Positions 37,945 to 51,786 of a stretch of 52,089 bases of DNA are shown here, one piece after another (the first letter of the stretch is position 1; each line of letters opens with the position of its first letter). The notes below the pieces were generated by a model. The model worked only from the letters and a program-made list of their open reading frames with translations. It was not told the DNA's origin and ran no database searches. The stretch lies in assembly GCF_001194135.2 (NCBI RefSeq), contig NC_069000.1, forward strand, positions 36,728,942 to 36,781,030, written 5' to 3'. A program made the position numbers and the translations under genes. Source of the DNA: Octopus bimaculoides. Lineage: Eukaryota.

Positions 37945-38910
37945 TTTTCTGCTCATAAGGCTTTGGTTGGAGGCTTTAGCAGAAGACACTTTCCCAAGGT
38001 ACCACAATGGGATTGAACCCAAAATCATGTGATCAGGAGGCAAGCATCTTAGCCTACAGCTATGCCTGTTGCTTGTCAGATAAACTGACTCAAACTGAAT
38101 TCTGTTGCCATTGTTTGTAGTGAATCAATAGAAGATATAGGAATCTACTAGCTTCAGCTTGCCTATCTGACAACATTCTTCATTTAGCAGTTAGTAATGT
38201 TGATGTGTTTATAAAACACTGCATTTGTATTTCAATAACCGTTTTCCAGTCCTAAGTATCTTATGTGGCACACAGGGCATATTGCCCTTCACCCATGCAT
38301 CATATGTGATACACATTCCCAATTTTTCTCAACCACCAGACTAACTTGGGACTTACGAAAGGAAAGCTTTATATTACTCAGAATATATGAAATAAAGTCT
38401 AACTAAAAACCTGGAAACAAGTCTAGACATATAGAACAAACTAGGTAAAGATATTCTCAGACAGGGTACCTAGTTGCTTCAGTTTCTGCTCACAAGGCTT
38501 TGGTCTGCCGGAGGCTATAGCAAAAGACGTGCCTAAGGTGCCACAGTGGGATTAGACCCAAAATCGTGATCGGGAGGCAAGCATCTTAGCCTGCAGCCAT
38601 GCCTGTTGCCTGTCAGATAAGCTAACTCAAACTGAATTAGATTGTTACTATGTTTGTAGTGAATTGATAGAAGATACAGGAATCTACTAGCTTTGGCTTG
38701 CCTGACAACATTCTTCATATACAAACTAAAAGCTTGAAAACAAGTGTGGACATTTAGGACAAACTTACGAAAATGTATTGGACAGGCAAAGGGTCATATG
38801 AATCTCAGTAGGAATTTTGTTTCCAGACAAAATGCATTTTCTTGCTGGCTTCAGTTAACTGCAAATATGTACCAAACTAGGTAAAGACATTCTCAGATAA
38901 GGTAATTTGT
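37945..38910. repeat. Local diverged tandem duplication (~0.45-0.55 kb units)
   Basis: A SINE fragment plus flanking unique sequence (GTCAGATAA...AGGAATCTACTAGCT...GACAACATTCTTCAT) occurs at ~37945-38185 and ~38482-38720. CAAACTAGGTAAAGA.ATTCTCAGA also occurs twice. Confidence 0.8.
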
Positions 38911-40670
38911 TGCTCTTTGATCCATCAGCATTTAAACTATCCATGTCTAGTCCAAATATTCTAGCTGTTTTCTGTTTAAACCAGCCAGATCCTGCCTTCG
39001 CACCTACCCTACAATGTTGTTCTAAATATAAAATCACATCACCGAAACCTTGAAGCTATGAGATAATTCTTTTATTCTTTTACTTGTTTCAGTCATTTGA
39101 CTGGCCATGCTGGAGCACTGCCTTGACCCCAGGACTTAAAGCTTAGTACTTATTCTATCGGGTCCTTTTGCTGTACTGCTAAGTTATGGGGATGTAAACA
39201 CACCAGCACCAGTTGTCAAGCGGGAATGGAGAGACAAACACTGACAGATACACACACATATGTATATATAATACATGACAGGCTTCTTTCAGTTTCTGTC
39301 TTCCAAATCCACTCAAGGCTTTGGTTGGCTTGAGGCTATAGAAGACACTTGCCCAAGGTGACACACAGTGGGACTGAATCCGGAACCATGTGATTGGGAA
39401 GCAAGCTTCTTACCACACAGCCACTCCTGTGCCTAATGCATGGTTAATTCAAAACATTGCGGATAAACAAGCATTAAATTTAACAGTGATCTGAATGCTG
39501 AAGGGTTAATCATCTCTATTGGGTCCTTAAGACAAATGTGGCTCACAAAATACATCATAGGCTGTCATGTTTATTAGCATGACATAGACTGTGACATAGG
39601 CTTGTGGAACTTTTTATCTACTGACTTTGTTACTTTGCCCCACTAGATAAAACTGTTGACCTTGTTGAACAGTGTTAATGTGGATTTAGAAATACCTGTG
39701 AAATCATTAATTAAATACCAGGTCAAATATACAGAATTCGGGAGAGGTAGTAACTTCAAGGATATTAGTAGGTTAAAACCCTTTGGATATCAACCTGCCC
39801 AATGCTGCCTCAGCTTCTATGATACAAACTTCCTGTTCAAAGTAATCTAAATTAAAATTTTATGTTAATTTATGTACCAATTTCCAGCTTAATAATGACT
39901 AAGATGGCAGTGTGGTTAGAATTTATTCCTCAGCCACATGTTTCTAGGTTCAGTCTCACTGCATGGCACCTTGGGCAAGTGTCTGAGTGGATTTGGCAGA
40001 CGGAAAGAGAAAGAAGCCTATTGTGTGTGCATGTCTTTTGTTTGTGCCTCACTTCACTGCTTGACCACCAGTGTTGTCTTGCTTACATACCCTTGACTTA
40101 GCAGTTCAGCAAAAGAGACTGATAGAATAAGTATCAGGCTTGAAAAAAGAAACAAAACAAAAACTTAAGTACTGGAATCAATTTGTTTGACTAAACCCTT
40201 CAAGGCAGTACTCCATCATGGCCAAAGTCTAATGACTTAAACAAGTAAAAAAAAAAGGTGAAAAAGATATCTAATTTGTTTTGAGAAATGAAGCCAATTT
40301 AATTTCCAGCTTTTATCTATTCTAGTTAAAAAAACAAAAAAAAAAACACTTGAATGACTGATAAGATATATGCACTCCATTTACATTGTCTAATAATAAC
40401 CCTCTTAGTTTGACTGTCCACATTTCCATGCTGGTAGGGTTGAATACATATGAAGTGTGAGGCACAGTATCCTGAGATTTGATCTCATCAGTTCATTCTA
40501 CCCTACTTTTTCAAATCGTCTCTTTTTGCAAGCTTCAGTTGTTGCCTTTAAAGCCTAGCTGTTCATTTGTGGCCATTCTCTCATGCAAACCAACATTAGA
40601 AATGTTTTGTTCTTATTTTGGAGTTAATATACAAACTGGGTATACAACAAAATATTCTCATTGTATGTAT

Positions 40671-41057
40671 GTTGTTGTTGGCACTCCGTCGCTTACGACG
40701 TTGAGGGTTCCAGTTGATCAGATCAACGGAACAGCCTGCTCGTGAAATTAACGTGCAAGTGGCTGAGCACTCCACAGACACGTGTACCCTTAACGTAGTT
40801 CTCGGGATATTCAGCGTGACACAGAGTGTGACAAGGCTGACCCTTTGAATTACAGGCACAACAGAAACAGGAAGTAAGGGTGAGAGAAAGTTGTGGTGAA
40901 AGAGTACAGCAGGGTTCGCCACCATCCCTTGCCGGAGCCTCGTGGAGCTTTAGGTGTTTTCGCTCAATAAACACTCACGACGCCCGGTCTGGGAATCGAA
41001 ACCGCGATTCTATGACCGCGAGTCCGCTGCCCTAACCACTGGGCCATTGCACCTCCA
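40671..41057 (-). mobile_element. ~385-bp tRNA-derived SINE, intact
   Basis: Third near-identical copy. TSD TGTATGTAT. Confidence 0.9.
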
Positions 41058-42889
41058 CTGTATGTATATGAATTGTTATGCACATGTGTATGAATTTATT
41101 TCATTTTATAGTTTTCTTTAGAATTGTGCACATTTATTAAATTATCCAGTGTTGAATTACGATGCATATAAAGCAGGTGTACCATGAAGGTAAAATTGTG
41201 TAAAGAAAACTACATACATAAAACTAAAATTAATTCACACACTTACAAAAACACACACAGAGCCACATGCAATAATGCACAAAGTCTGAATTTGTCATTC
41301 TCCTTACTGGTAAATTAAAATTACAAGTAAAGAAATAGATTGAAATGAGGGAAATTTGTAAAACTAGTTTTTATAAAAGTCAAATTATACAATAGGTCAT
41401 GGCTTTGTGGTAAGACGTAAGAAGTTTTGGTAAATATTTCATTAAGAACCCGTTTGCGGATTTCTTTTCCTTTTCCAGGTTATTTTCCATGCTTTCGACA
41501 AATCTCACATCTTCCTTGTCTTGATGTTTGCAGAGTAAAATATCATCGGGTCCTTTATTGCAAATAACTGTTACGTGGTAGCAGGGCATGCTAAAAATAG
41601 CAGCCAAATTTTTCCTTTTCTGGGGAGAGGAGCCATTTACACGTAATTTCGATGTCACATTCGTTGAAAGCATGCGAAATAACCTGCAAAACAAAACTCC
41701 ATCAGTAGGAAACTCCAAGGTCCTCACTACCCCTCCCTACTTTCTTTTCTGGAAAAAAAAGTGGTCTGCAGCAAGATTGGAGGTCAGATTTGTTGAATAT
41801 GCTTGAAAAAACCCTGTAGAAAAAGATAATTTCACACCGAGGCAGAAATGGGTCCTTTATGAAATATTTACTGAACTTTGCTTGTCAACCACTGCATGGC
41901 ACCTTTGACAAGTGTCTTTTACTATAGCTCTGGACTGACCAAAACCTTCATCATCATTGTCATCCTTTAATGTTTGCTTTCCATGCTGGCATGGGTTGGA
42001 CAGTTGGACCAGAGTTGGCAAGCCGGAGAGCTGCACCAGGTTCCAGTCTGATTTGGCTTGGTTTCTATGGCTGGATGCCCTTCCTCACACCAACTACTTC
42101 ACTGTGTGCTGGGTGCTTTTAACACGGCACTGCATGAGTGCTTGAATGTGGCACTGAGAGGAGTACTTCTTATGTGGCACCAGTGAGTGGATTTAATAGA
42201 GACAGAAACTGAAAGGTGCCTATCATATATATACCTGTGTGTGTGTGGCTTTGTGTTTCTCTGTTTCACTGCTTGACAACCAGTGTTGATTTTTTTTATG
42301 TTCCCATAATTAGCATTTTGCCAAATTGAGATTGCTGGAATAAGTACTGGGGGGAAATTTGTCTGATTAATTCTTTGAAGCTGGTGCTCCAGCATGGGCA
42401 CAGTCCAGCCCCTGAAACAAGTAAAAAATAAAGAATATTCTAAGAGAAACTTATAAAGTGTCCACTCTACATAATGCAACCTTGCATGATGCATACTGGA
42501 AAGTCATTGACTCTCCACTAGAAGCTTTCTGTTTCTGCTGTTGGCATGTATGGCACAATTTTTTGTGACTATCAATGATTTTCTGTTTTATGGAGATAAG
42601 TTGAATTCAGAGGGATAGCCCACCTGACAGACTTTTGCTTTTCTCCCAACAGTCTTATTTTACTTGTTTCTACTTAGACTGTGGCTTTGCTGGAGTACTG
42701 TCTTGAATTTTTAATCAACTGTATTGACACCAGTATTTCTTTGTTTGTTTTTCTTTTTTAAAGGCCTCATACTTATTCTGTTGGTCTCTTTTGTCAAACT
42801 GCTAAGTTATGTGGATGTAAACACACCAGCACTGGTTGTCAAGAGATGGGGGGGGGATAAGCACAGATACATACACTGATATATATGTA

Positions 42890-42946
<57 letters not shown>

Positions 42947-43434
42947 CTGGCTTTCAGTTTCCCTCTGCCAAATCCATACATAAGGCTTTGCTTGGCCAGC
43001 AGCTATAGCAGTAGACACTTGCCCAAGGTACCATACTATGGGAGTGAACCTGGAACTATGTGGTTGGGAAGCAGACTTCTTCCCAACACAGCCATGCATT
43101 TTTTTTTGTACTCTTTTTTTTTTTTATAAAGAATAGCCTGTCCTCAATTGCACTGCCACATCTGCTCGGAACTCTAAGTGACTACATCACTTTTGAGTCC
43201 ATCCTGATGTAGTATATGGTAAAAACGCTTTCACATTGTTCACATTTACTATATACCAAACTAGGTATTGCCATCGCTTATTACCCAGCCTACCAACCCT
43301 GTAATAACACTTCCTCTGAGTTATTCATTCTACATCAAAGTTTCTCGACCCTTTTTTTTACCTCTGGACCTCTTTCATTTTACTGTTTTACTCCAAGCCA
43401 TTCACTGTTAAAAAATTATATTACATTTTTCATC

Positions 43435-43575
43435 ATCATCATCGTTTAACGCCCGCTTTCCATGCTAGCATGGGTTGGACGATTTGACTGAGGGCTGGTG
43501 AACCAGGTGGCTACACCAGGCTCCAATCTGATTTGGCAGAGTTTCTACAGGTGGATGCCCTTCCTAACGCCAACC
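43435..43575 (-). mobile_element. (GAT)n-tailed repeat
   Basis: Near-identical to 20060-20205. Confidence 0.8.
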
Positions 43576-44017
43576 ACCCCAAGAATGTAGTGGTTTCTTT
43601 TACGTGCCACCGGCATGAAGGCCAGTCAGGGAGTACTGGCAATGGTCACGTTCGAAATGGTGTATTTTATGTGCCACCTGCACAGTAGCCAGTCCAGCGG
43701 CACTGGCAACGATCTCGCTATTTTATGATTAAATATTAGCCGTATAAAAAAAAATTCTTAAAATATTTAGTGTAGTGTAGAAGTATAACCAATTTTGTGC
43801 TGAGAAATTTCCCTCATTTCTCTATATGTGATGTGCATTAAATAGCCTGAGTATTAAGTTGAGGCATAAGAATTTAGGAAGAACTATTTAAATTAGGTTT
43901 GAGAAATGTTGATACATAAACAGATGTGTTACAGATAAATTCAGCTTATACTGGCAATGGAGAAATATATTGTTAAAGCAATTTATGTATATATATATAT
44001 ATCATTTTATATTGCAG

Positions 44018-44271
44018 AAAATACCTGCGAACAATCTTTCAAAGACGATCCTGAAAATGATGGAACGGGCGGTTTGGCCGAGGAAGGATGTAAAGAGGTG
44101 GGACAGGAGGTTTCCGCTACCGAGCAAGAAGGTTCTGGTGCTGAGCAGGCATGTCAAGAGGCAGGGCAAGCAGGTTCTGCAGAAAACACCGAAGCTGATG
44201 CTGAGACGGCTAATGCTGATTCAGTAGACAGCCAAGAGAAATCTGCAGCAAATGACCTCAGTAAAGAAAAG
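44018..44271 (+). CDS. RNMT: RNMT exon 2, acidic low-complexity N-terminal region
   Basis: Acceptor ATTTTATATTGCAG| and donor AAG|GTAAGT. GC-richer open frame (ENTCEQSFKDD...DLSKEK) ending in phase 0, which matches the next exon. Confidence 0.8.
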
Positions 44272-46019
44272 GTAAGTCTGTTTTTAGGACTAAGCATGGT
44301 GGTTCCTCTCTTCACATTTCTAAAGCGTTCCATATTCACTGACATGCATTTTACTAGTTTTGTTCCTTTTAACTGAGGCAGTGGCCCCAGCACTGCATTT
44401 GAGGGCTTTAGTGGAATGTATTAATCGCAATACTTTGTCAGTTATTTTATTAACCCTTTTGTCACTATATTTCCACTGGAATACACTGCTTTTGTTTCAA
44501 TTAATTTTGAAAATAATGAATTTATTAAAAATAATTTTGTCATTAAGCAAGTATTAAGAACAAGTTAACATCAAATGTTGATGGAAGGATTCAGTTTAGC
44601 TCAATTTAAAACAGGAAATTTATATCATTGAACAAATGGTGAATTTGGTAGATACAAACTTTGTGGGAGCCTGTCGTATGTGTGTTTATCCCTGTGTTTG
44701 TCACCCACATCATCACTTAATTGAAGTTGGTTTGTTTACGTCTCTGTAACTTAGTGGTTCAGTGAAAGAGGCTGATAGACTAAGTACTAAGCTTAAAAAT
44801 GTAAGCACCCAGATTTAGTGTTCAACTAAAACCAAAAACAGTGCCCCAGTACATGTACAGTCCAATGACTGAGAGGGGTTAAAGATAAAACGAAGTAGGA
44901 CAGTATGGTGTTGCCACTCATGCACACACACTTAAATCTATAAAACAAGCAAAGTTGCTAGTTCTAAAATCTCTATAAGAGATGTAAGTAGTAACTCTAC
45001 TGGAAAGTAACGGTTGTTATCACGTCATGTGGTTGTTCTGCATAGAATGTTTTAACCCCAGGAGGACACCTTCACCAGCTGGTTAACAACACAATATCTG
45101 TATCCAATATATTGCAAACAAGGGAGTGAACAGCTCCCATCTAGTGGCGACAAGACCAGTAGACCAGCTGGTTTCAGGGTCTCGCCCTTTCTCAGTACTG
45201 GTACACCTGTCTGCTAGAAATGGCAGTCGTTCATCTCATTTCGCAATATATAAATAAATAAGCGACACACAGCCAGTGATCTTATATATTAAGCACAAGC
45301 GTAGCTGTATGGTAAGAAGCTTGCTTCCCAACATTGTTCCTGGTTCAGTCCCAGTGTGTAACACCTTGGGCAAGTGTGTCCTACCATAGCCTTGGGTTGA
45401 CCAAGGTTATGTAGTTCTTTCTCCAACCTGAGATCTATCAGAAAAATAGTGATTCATCCCTCCCAACCAATTGCAATTGAGAACCACTGATGTAGCTCTT
45501 CTACAAAGAACCTGTTCCCTCCCCCATCTTACTCTAGCACCTCACCCCATTGCGTAAGACTGCTCCGGCCCCTCTCTTGGGGTTTGTAATCATGTGAGCT
45601 GCATGGCAAGCTCAATAATGCTGGTGGCTTGATAAAAGCACCTAACCCATTCTGTGAAGTGGCTGTTGTTTGTTAGGGTATCCGGCCACAGAAACCTTGC
45701 CAAAGCATACATCAGGGCACAGCGTAATCCATACAGCCATTGGACCCTCTCAAACCATACAACCCCTGCCATTGTAAGATATCATTGTCATTCATTATCA
45801 TCAACACTGTTATTTTCCATGCTGGCATGGGTTGGAGGGCTTGGCAGGAACTGGCAAGGTGAGGGTCCGCACCAGGTTCCATAGTCTTTTTTGGCTTGGT
45901 GTCTATGGGGGAAGGGATGGCCTTCCTAACACCAACCTCTCCACAGTGTACTAAGTACTTTTTACATTGCACCAGCACCCACACCAAGGCTTTATATGTG
46001 GCCCTCTTGTTTTAGGATC

Positions 46020-46160
46020 TCAGTTCTGTTCTGTGGGTCTCTTGCGTACAGCCATGTACCACATATCTTGGTCCTCTATGATCTCCTTCGTAATGTTCAA
46101 CCCTTTGAGATTGGCCTTCAATAACTTCGTCCCATATCTTCCTGGGTCTACCTTTTCCAC
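46020..46160 (-). mobile_element. RTE LINE C-terminal remnant
   Basis: Minus-strand CGKGRPRKIWDEV motif. Confidence 0.6.
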
Positions 46161-46563
46161 AGCTTCCCTCCCCACTTATTAGGCTTGTGGTGCTTTTGTC
46201 TTTTAGTGGTTTCAGTCATTAGACTGTAGCCATGCTGGGGAACTGCCTTAAAGAATTTTTAGTTGAATGTGTCAACCGTAGTACTTATTTTTCTTGTAAA
46301 CTTGGTGCTTATTCTGTCCATCTTTTATACTGAACTGATAAGTTATGGGTGACATAAACACACTACCTCCAGTTGTCAAGTGATGTTGGAGGACAGACAC
46401 ATACACATACATTTGGTATTAGAAAGGACATCCAGTCATGAAAACCATGTCCAAACAGACACTGAAATCTGGTGCAGTCTTCTGCCTAGCCAGCTGATGC
46501 CAAACCGTCCAACCCATGTCAGCATCGAAAAGCGGATGTTAAATGATGATGATATATATATAT

Positions 46564-46729
46564 AGGCGCAGGAGTGGCTGTGTGGTAAGTAGCTTGCTTA
46601 CCAACCACATGGTTCCGGGTTCAGTCCCACTGCGTGGCATCTTGGGCAAGTGTCTTCTACTATAGCCTCAGGCCGACCAAAGCCTTGTGAATGAATTTGG
46701 TAGACGGAAACTGAAAGGAGCCCGTCATA

Positions 46730-46735
<6 letters not shown>
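46564..46735 (+). mobile_element. tRNA-derived SINE 5' half running into an (AT)n tract and assembly gap
   Basis: GGCGCAGGAGTGGCTGTGTGGTAAG...GGTTCAGTCCC head, multi-copy in the window. Confidence 0.8.
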
Positions 46736-46762
<27 letters not shown>

Positions 46763-47043
46763 NNNNNNNNNNNNNNNNNNNNNNNNNNNNNNNNNNNNNN
46801 NNNNNNNNNNNNNNNNNNNNNNNNNNNNNNNNNNNNNNNNNNNNNNNNNNNNNNNNNNNNNNNNNNNNNNNNNNNNNNNNNNNNNNNNNNNNNNNNNNNN
46901 NNNNNNNNNNNNNNNNNNNNNNNNNNNNNNNNNNNNNNNNNNNNNNNNNNNNNNNNNNNNNNNNNNNNNNNNNNNNNNNNNNNNNNNNNNNNNNNNNNNN
47001 NNNNNNNNNNNNNNNNNNNNNNNNNNNNNNNNNNNNNNNNNNN
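46763..47043. other. Assembly gap
   Basis: N run between (AT)n and (CA)n tracts. Confidence 1.
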
Positions 47044-47075
<32 letters not shown>

Positions 47076-47157
47076 CCGATGGGTTTCTCTTAATTTCTGT
47101 CTACCAAATCCACTTGCAAGTCTTTGGTTGACCTGAGACTATAGAAGACAATAATAG

Positions 47158-47460
<303 letters not shown>

Positions 47461-47680
47461 TAAATCCTTATATTTCTTCCATTTTTAATTGAAAAAAGAA
47501 AAAAGAAGAAAAATTGTAATTCACTTTCAGACCACATAACACCAGTACATTTCACTGTTTTAACTCGTGTTCTCTTTCTTTTTTTCTTTCTCTCTCTCTC
47601 TGCTTGCATTATTAGATGGAATATTTATTGTAGCAATTGTTTTATACTTGGTTATCTTCCAACACAACTAATCTTTAGAT

Positions 47681-48274
47681 CAGTGGTACTCAACCAGTTT
47701 TTTGTCTATAGACCCTTTGCTTCCTTGTCTACTTGGGTAGATCCTCAAAGCCATTCAATGTTTAAAAACATCCTATTTTTATAATTAGATATCATTAGGA
47801 ATTGTCTAAAAATAATTTGGTTCATTGTAGAAGTATAACCAAGAGTGAAGCGCATGACTCAGTGGTTAGAAGTGAAGGCACATGGCCTCAGTGGCTAGAG
47901 GATTGGGCTCACAATTGTGAGGTAGTGAGTTTGATTCCTGGACCAAGCTGTCTTCTCGAGCAAAACACTATTTCACGTTGCTGTGAAAATGAGTTGTGAT
48001 GCCACTGGTGCCAATCTGTATTGGCCTTTGCCTTTCCCTTAGCTAACATCGATGGCATGGAGAGGGGAGGCCGGTATGTGTGGGGGATTGGTGGTCTTCC
48101 ATAAACAACCTTGCCTGGACTTGTGCCTTGGAGGGGAACTTTCTAGGTGCAATCCTATGGTCATTCATGACCGAAGGGCGTCTTTACTCTTTTATAACCA
48201 ATTTATTGCACATAAATTTTAACCATCTTATTTGGACCCCCAATGGCCATATAGACTCTGGTTGAGAACTACTG
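47681..48274. mobile_element. hAT MITE carrying a nested SINE (~47850-48185)
   Basis: TIRs CAGTGGTACTCAACC / GGTTGAGAACTACTG. TSD CTTTAGAT/CTTTACAT. Confidence 0.7.
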
Positions 48275-48608
48275 CTTTACATTGTGAAGTAGAATTAAAG
48301 CCTGTTTGTTTTTTTATTTTCTCTATTAACTTCTCACATCTTGTTGAAAATTTTCTAAAAGCTGTCCTGTAATGTCCCCCCCCCACCTAATTGAAGATGA
48401 CTGTATGTATATCATTTGTTGTGTGTGTTGGATTCTTTGGCTGCTATGAGTGAACACACACATGCTCTGTTCTTCAGCCCCAAATTAGCCCTGATGTAAC
48501 AGATATATAATCGAAAGCATTCCACCTGTGCCCATCCTGTCATTTTCAGATATCCAGAGAGCTCAGAATCACATTATCCAATGTCCTTTACTAAGAGGAT
48601 AACGAGTG

Positions 48609-48840
48609 GCGGCGGCGAGCTGGCAGAAACGTTAGCACGCCGAGTGAAATTCTTGGCAGTATTTTGTCGGCCATTACGTTCTGAGTTCAAATTCTACCGA
48701 GGTCGACTTTGCCTTTCATCCTTTCGGGGTCGATAAATTAAGTACCAGTTACGCACTGGGGTCGATGTAATCGACTTAATCCCTTTGTCTGTCCTTGTTT
48801 GTTTCCTCTATGTTTAGCCCCTTGTGGGCAATAGAGAAAT
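48609..48840 (+). mobile_element. tRNA-derived SINE with 16-bp TSD
   Basis: AAGAGGATAACGAGTG at 48593-48608 and 48841-48856. Confidence 0.9.
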
Positions 48841-51786
48841 AAGAGGATAACGAGTGATTTTTAGGGAGATTTTGCAGTTATTTCTACCTGTTAAAGTGAC
48901 TTTATAAAAGCATTCTCATTGGTTTATATAGGCCATATAGTTGCTTGTGGTTAATAGGCTGGAGCAAAAATGTAAAAAGCAGAATCTTTTGGGTGGAAAG
49001 CAAAACTCTGAGATATGATAGATTTTACATTTTGTCTTGAATGAGTAGTGAGGACCATTTTGTCTTGTCATGTATACAGTACTTCCACTAGTGCCATGTT
49101 AAAATGCACCTCTGTAGTTAAATGTTAGGAAGGACTTCCAGCTGCAGAAGCCAAGCTAAAAATGAAAAAGACAAATGAGATGTGGTCTCCATCCTGTTTT
49201 ATAGGATAGTATTCGCAAGTCAGTTCTTATTCTGAATAACAAGTGACTTGGACCACAAGAACCTGTTTGATTCATACCACCATGGAAAACTGACGATGAT
49301 AGGGATGATTAAATGTCTGTAGCAGTTTTAATACAATCTATTGAGTAAAAAGAATACATGTTTTAAAGATAGTGAATCAGAAGAAATGAAATGTGAATGT
49401 TTTAAAGTATAATTTTAACCTTGAATTGTAGAATATCACTTCTTTCTATTTGGCATAATATATCTTTTCAATGTCAATGGTTTTGTGGGCAGCCTGGCCT
49501 TACTCGTACATAAATTGCGTTCATGCTCATAAAATGAATAAAGTCAGGCCTTTATTTATTAATATTTGTGTTGTGTTTGAGAAAACCTGTCAAGCCAAGT
49601 GAAACTATAGTCGTGACCGATGCTGGTGCCATGTAACAGGCACCCGTGCTGGTAGTATGTATAAAGCACCCATCGAATGTTGGGCCTCACGGAGGTGATA
49701 AGTGACTGACACCTTTGGCGATATGCTGTGTTTGAGAAGACTCATCAGGTGAAATCATAGTTGTGGCTGATGCTGGTTTCATGTAAATGGACCCATGCCG
49801 GTGGTACATAAAATGCGCCCATTTCACTTTGGAACCTGGTGCAGCTCTCTGACTTACCAGTTTCAGACCAACTGTCTAACTCATGCCTGCATGTAAAGCA
49901 GATGCTAAATGATGACGTGACTACTCCCTCTTAGCCATCACACCCCAAATCTTTATCTCATCTGCTACCCATAACCCTTGCATTTCTCTGTTAATCCATC
50001 ATCATCCCTTGGACATTACTGTCTCAAGTCCTTGGTTTCCATGGTGTATAAGTGACTGAAATTACAACATTTGCCCTGAATGGGACACCAGCTGAGTGGC
50101 CTAGAGCAACATTAACCCCCTTGGGACACTCTGGCTGATACAAGCTGAAAGGACTTCAAGGCTGATCCATTGACTCAATGGAACAAATGTTGTGAATGGT
50201 TGGTTTTGAAATGTAATAGCTAATCAGAGATCGTCTTTCAGTAGATGGTTTTCAATATTTAAAAAAAAAAAAGGGTTTTGGTCTTTTTGGTTACATATAC
50301 CAAAACATGTGTCTCACAAGGGGTTAACTGAAGTGTTTTGATCAAGAACACAATGCACCACTTGGTCTCAAAATGAAAACCGTGATCTTACAATCACAAG
50401 TGCAATGCCTTAACCACTGGACCATGTGCTTTTACTCTAATCCGTGTTGATCTGAAATTTATTTAATCACTTTGCTTCCTAGCTTTCTTTCCCTCAGCAC
50501 TTGCAATAAAATAAGGCCTTTAAATCCATGAATCAAGAGGTCCACAGGCAAAAAGTGGTTGAGTGCCACTGATCGAGAGGTTATTTGCATTGGAAGATAG
50601 TACACTATAAGACAATTGAATATACGCTGTTGAAATTGGGGTGTGCTTTTTATTCATTCAAATATCGTTTGTCATGAGCCAATGCATATTAAATTCATTG
50701 TCATGCCAAATGAATTTTTAACCTCTTAGGAAGTTTTCTTCAATTTCTTGGACATGGAGGAGGGGGACATACCATAAAAACTCATGTAATTTGTGCACCT
50801 GTGTAATTTACACAGGTGATTTTTGCAGGATAAAAATTGTTAGAAAAAAAGCTTCTACTCATGTAAAATTTGCACCCCAAAATTTTCAGAATTGTTGATA
50901 TGGCCCGGGGAAAAAGGTTTTCGATCTAGTTATATTTAGCATAATTTCACTTACTTATGATTAGATTTTATTAAATTTTCATTAAATAAAAATAATTTCT
51001 GTTTAACAGGTATCACATTGAAAGCTATTTAATTACAAAGCATTTGTGTTGTTTACAATAAACTTTATCTTACATTTCTTTCCCACAAGAGATTATGTCT
51101 AAACTTTAGTATACTACTGTATGTCTTTTTAAATCACAATCACAGGAAAAGTTGTTGATAATTCTTATCAGCAAAAACAAAGCTGATAAATTCTCACAGG
51201 TTGTTGCAAATTAAATTTAATTACCAATAAACATCAGCTTGGATGACACTTTACTCAACTGACAGAGGAAGATGACCAATCAAACTTATTATGGAAACAG
51301 AATTCTGATTGGTTGAAAGTGTCTTCTTGTCTTCTGCCTATTCTTGTTGGAACCTTTGATATGGAATATTGAAATTTTAATCCCTTTCACATTTATAAAA
51401 TGTCAGAAAAACTTAAAAATTAGTCATTACTGTTTTAGCTGGGAGACCAAACTGATAGTTTGGTAACATGGTAACGCACTGAAATAAACATTAAAAATCG
51501 AAAGGAGTCAATAAACAGCTTTGCAAGTTTGATTCATTGTTTATTGAACAAGAGAGGTGCAAAATTTAAGAAGTGACTTGTATGTACATGTAAGCATGTT
51601 TAGGAACTGATATGTGTGTCTGTTCAAGTTGTATATATATGGTACATATACATACACATATACACACAGACACGTCTACACACTTACATACATACATACT
51701 TACATAAACATATATATATATCATGAACTAAGTGTTACTTTCTCAGATGCAGATGAATTGCTTTATTTTTTATTTAAATATGACCA

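Noticed and set aside
43970-44227. Alternative basic reading frame over RNMT exon 2 (KIPANNLSK...LIQ*)
   Set aside because: It terminates before the donor at 44272 and is not phase-compatible with exon 3.
46598-47136. Long ORFs in the supplied track
   Set aside because: Artefacts of N runs and (AT)n/(CA)n microsatellites. The same applies to the many YIYI/CVCV ORFs elsewhere.
47616-47672. Possible next RNMT exon after ATTAG
   Set aside because: Stops after about 18 codons and shows no methyltransferase motif. The true next exon was not found in the window.
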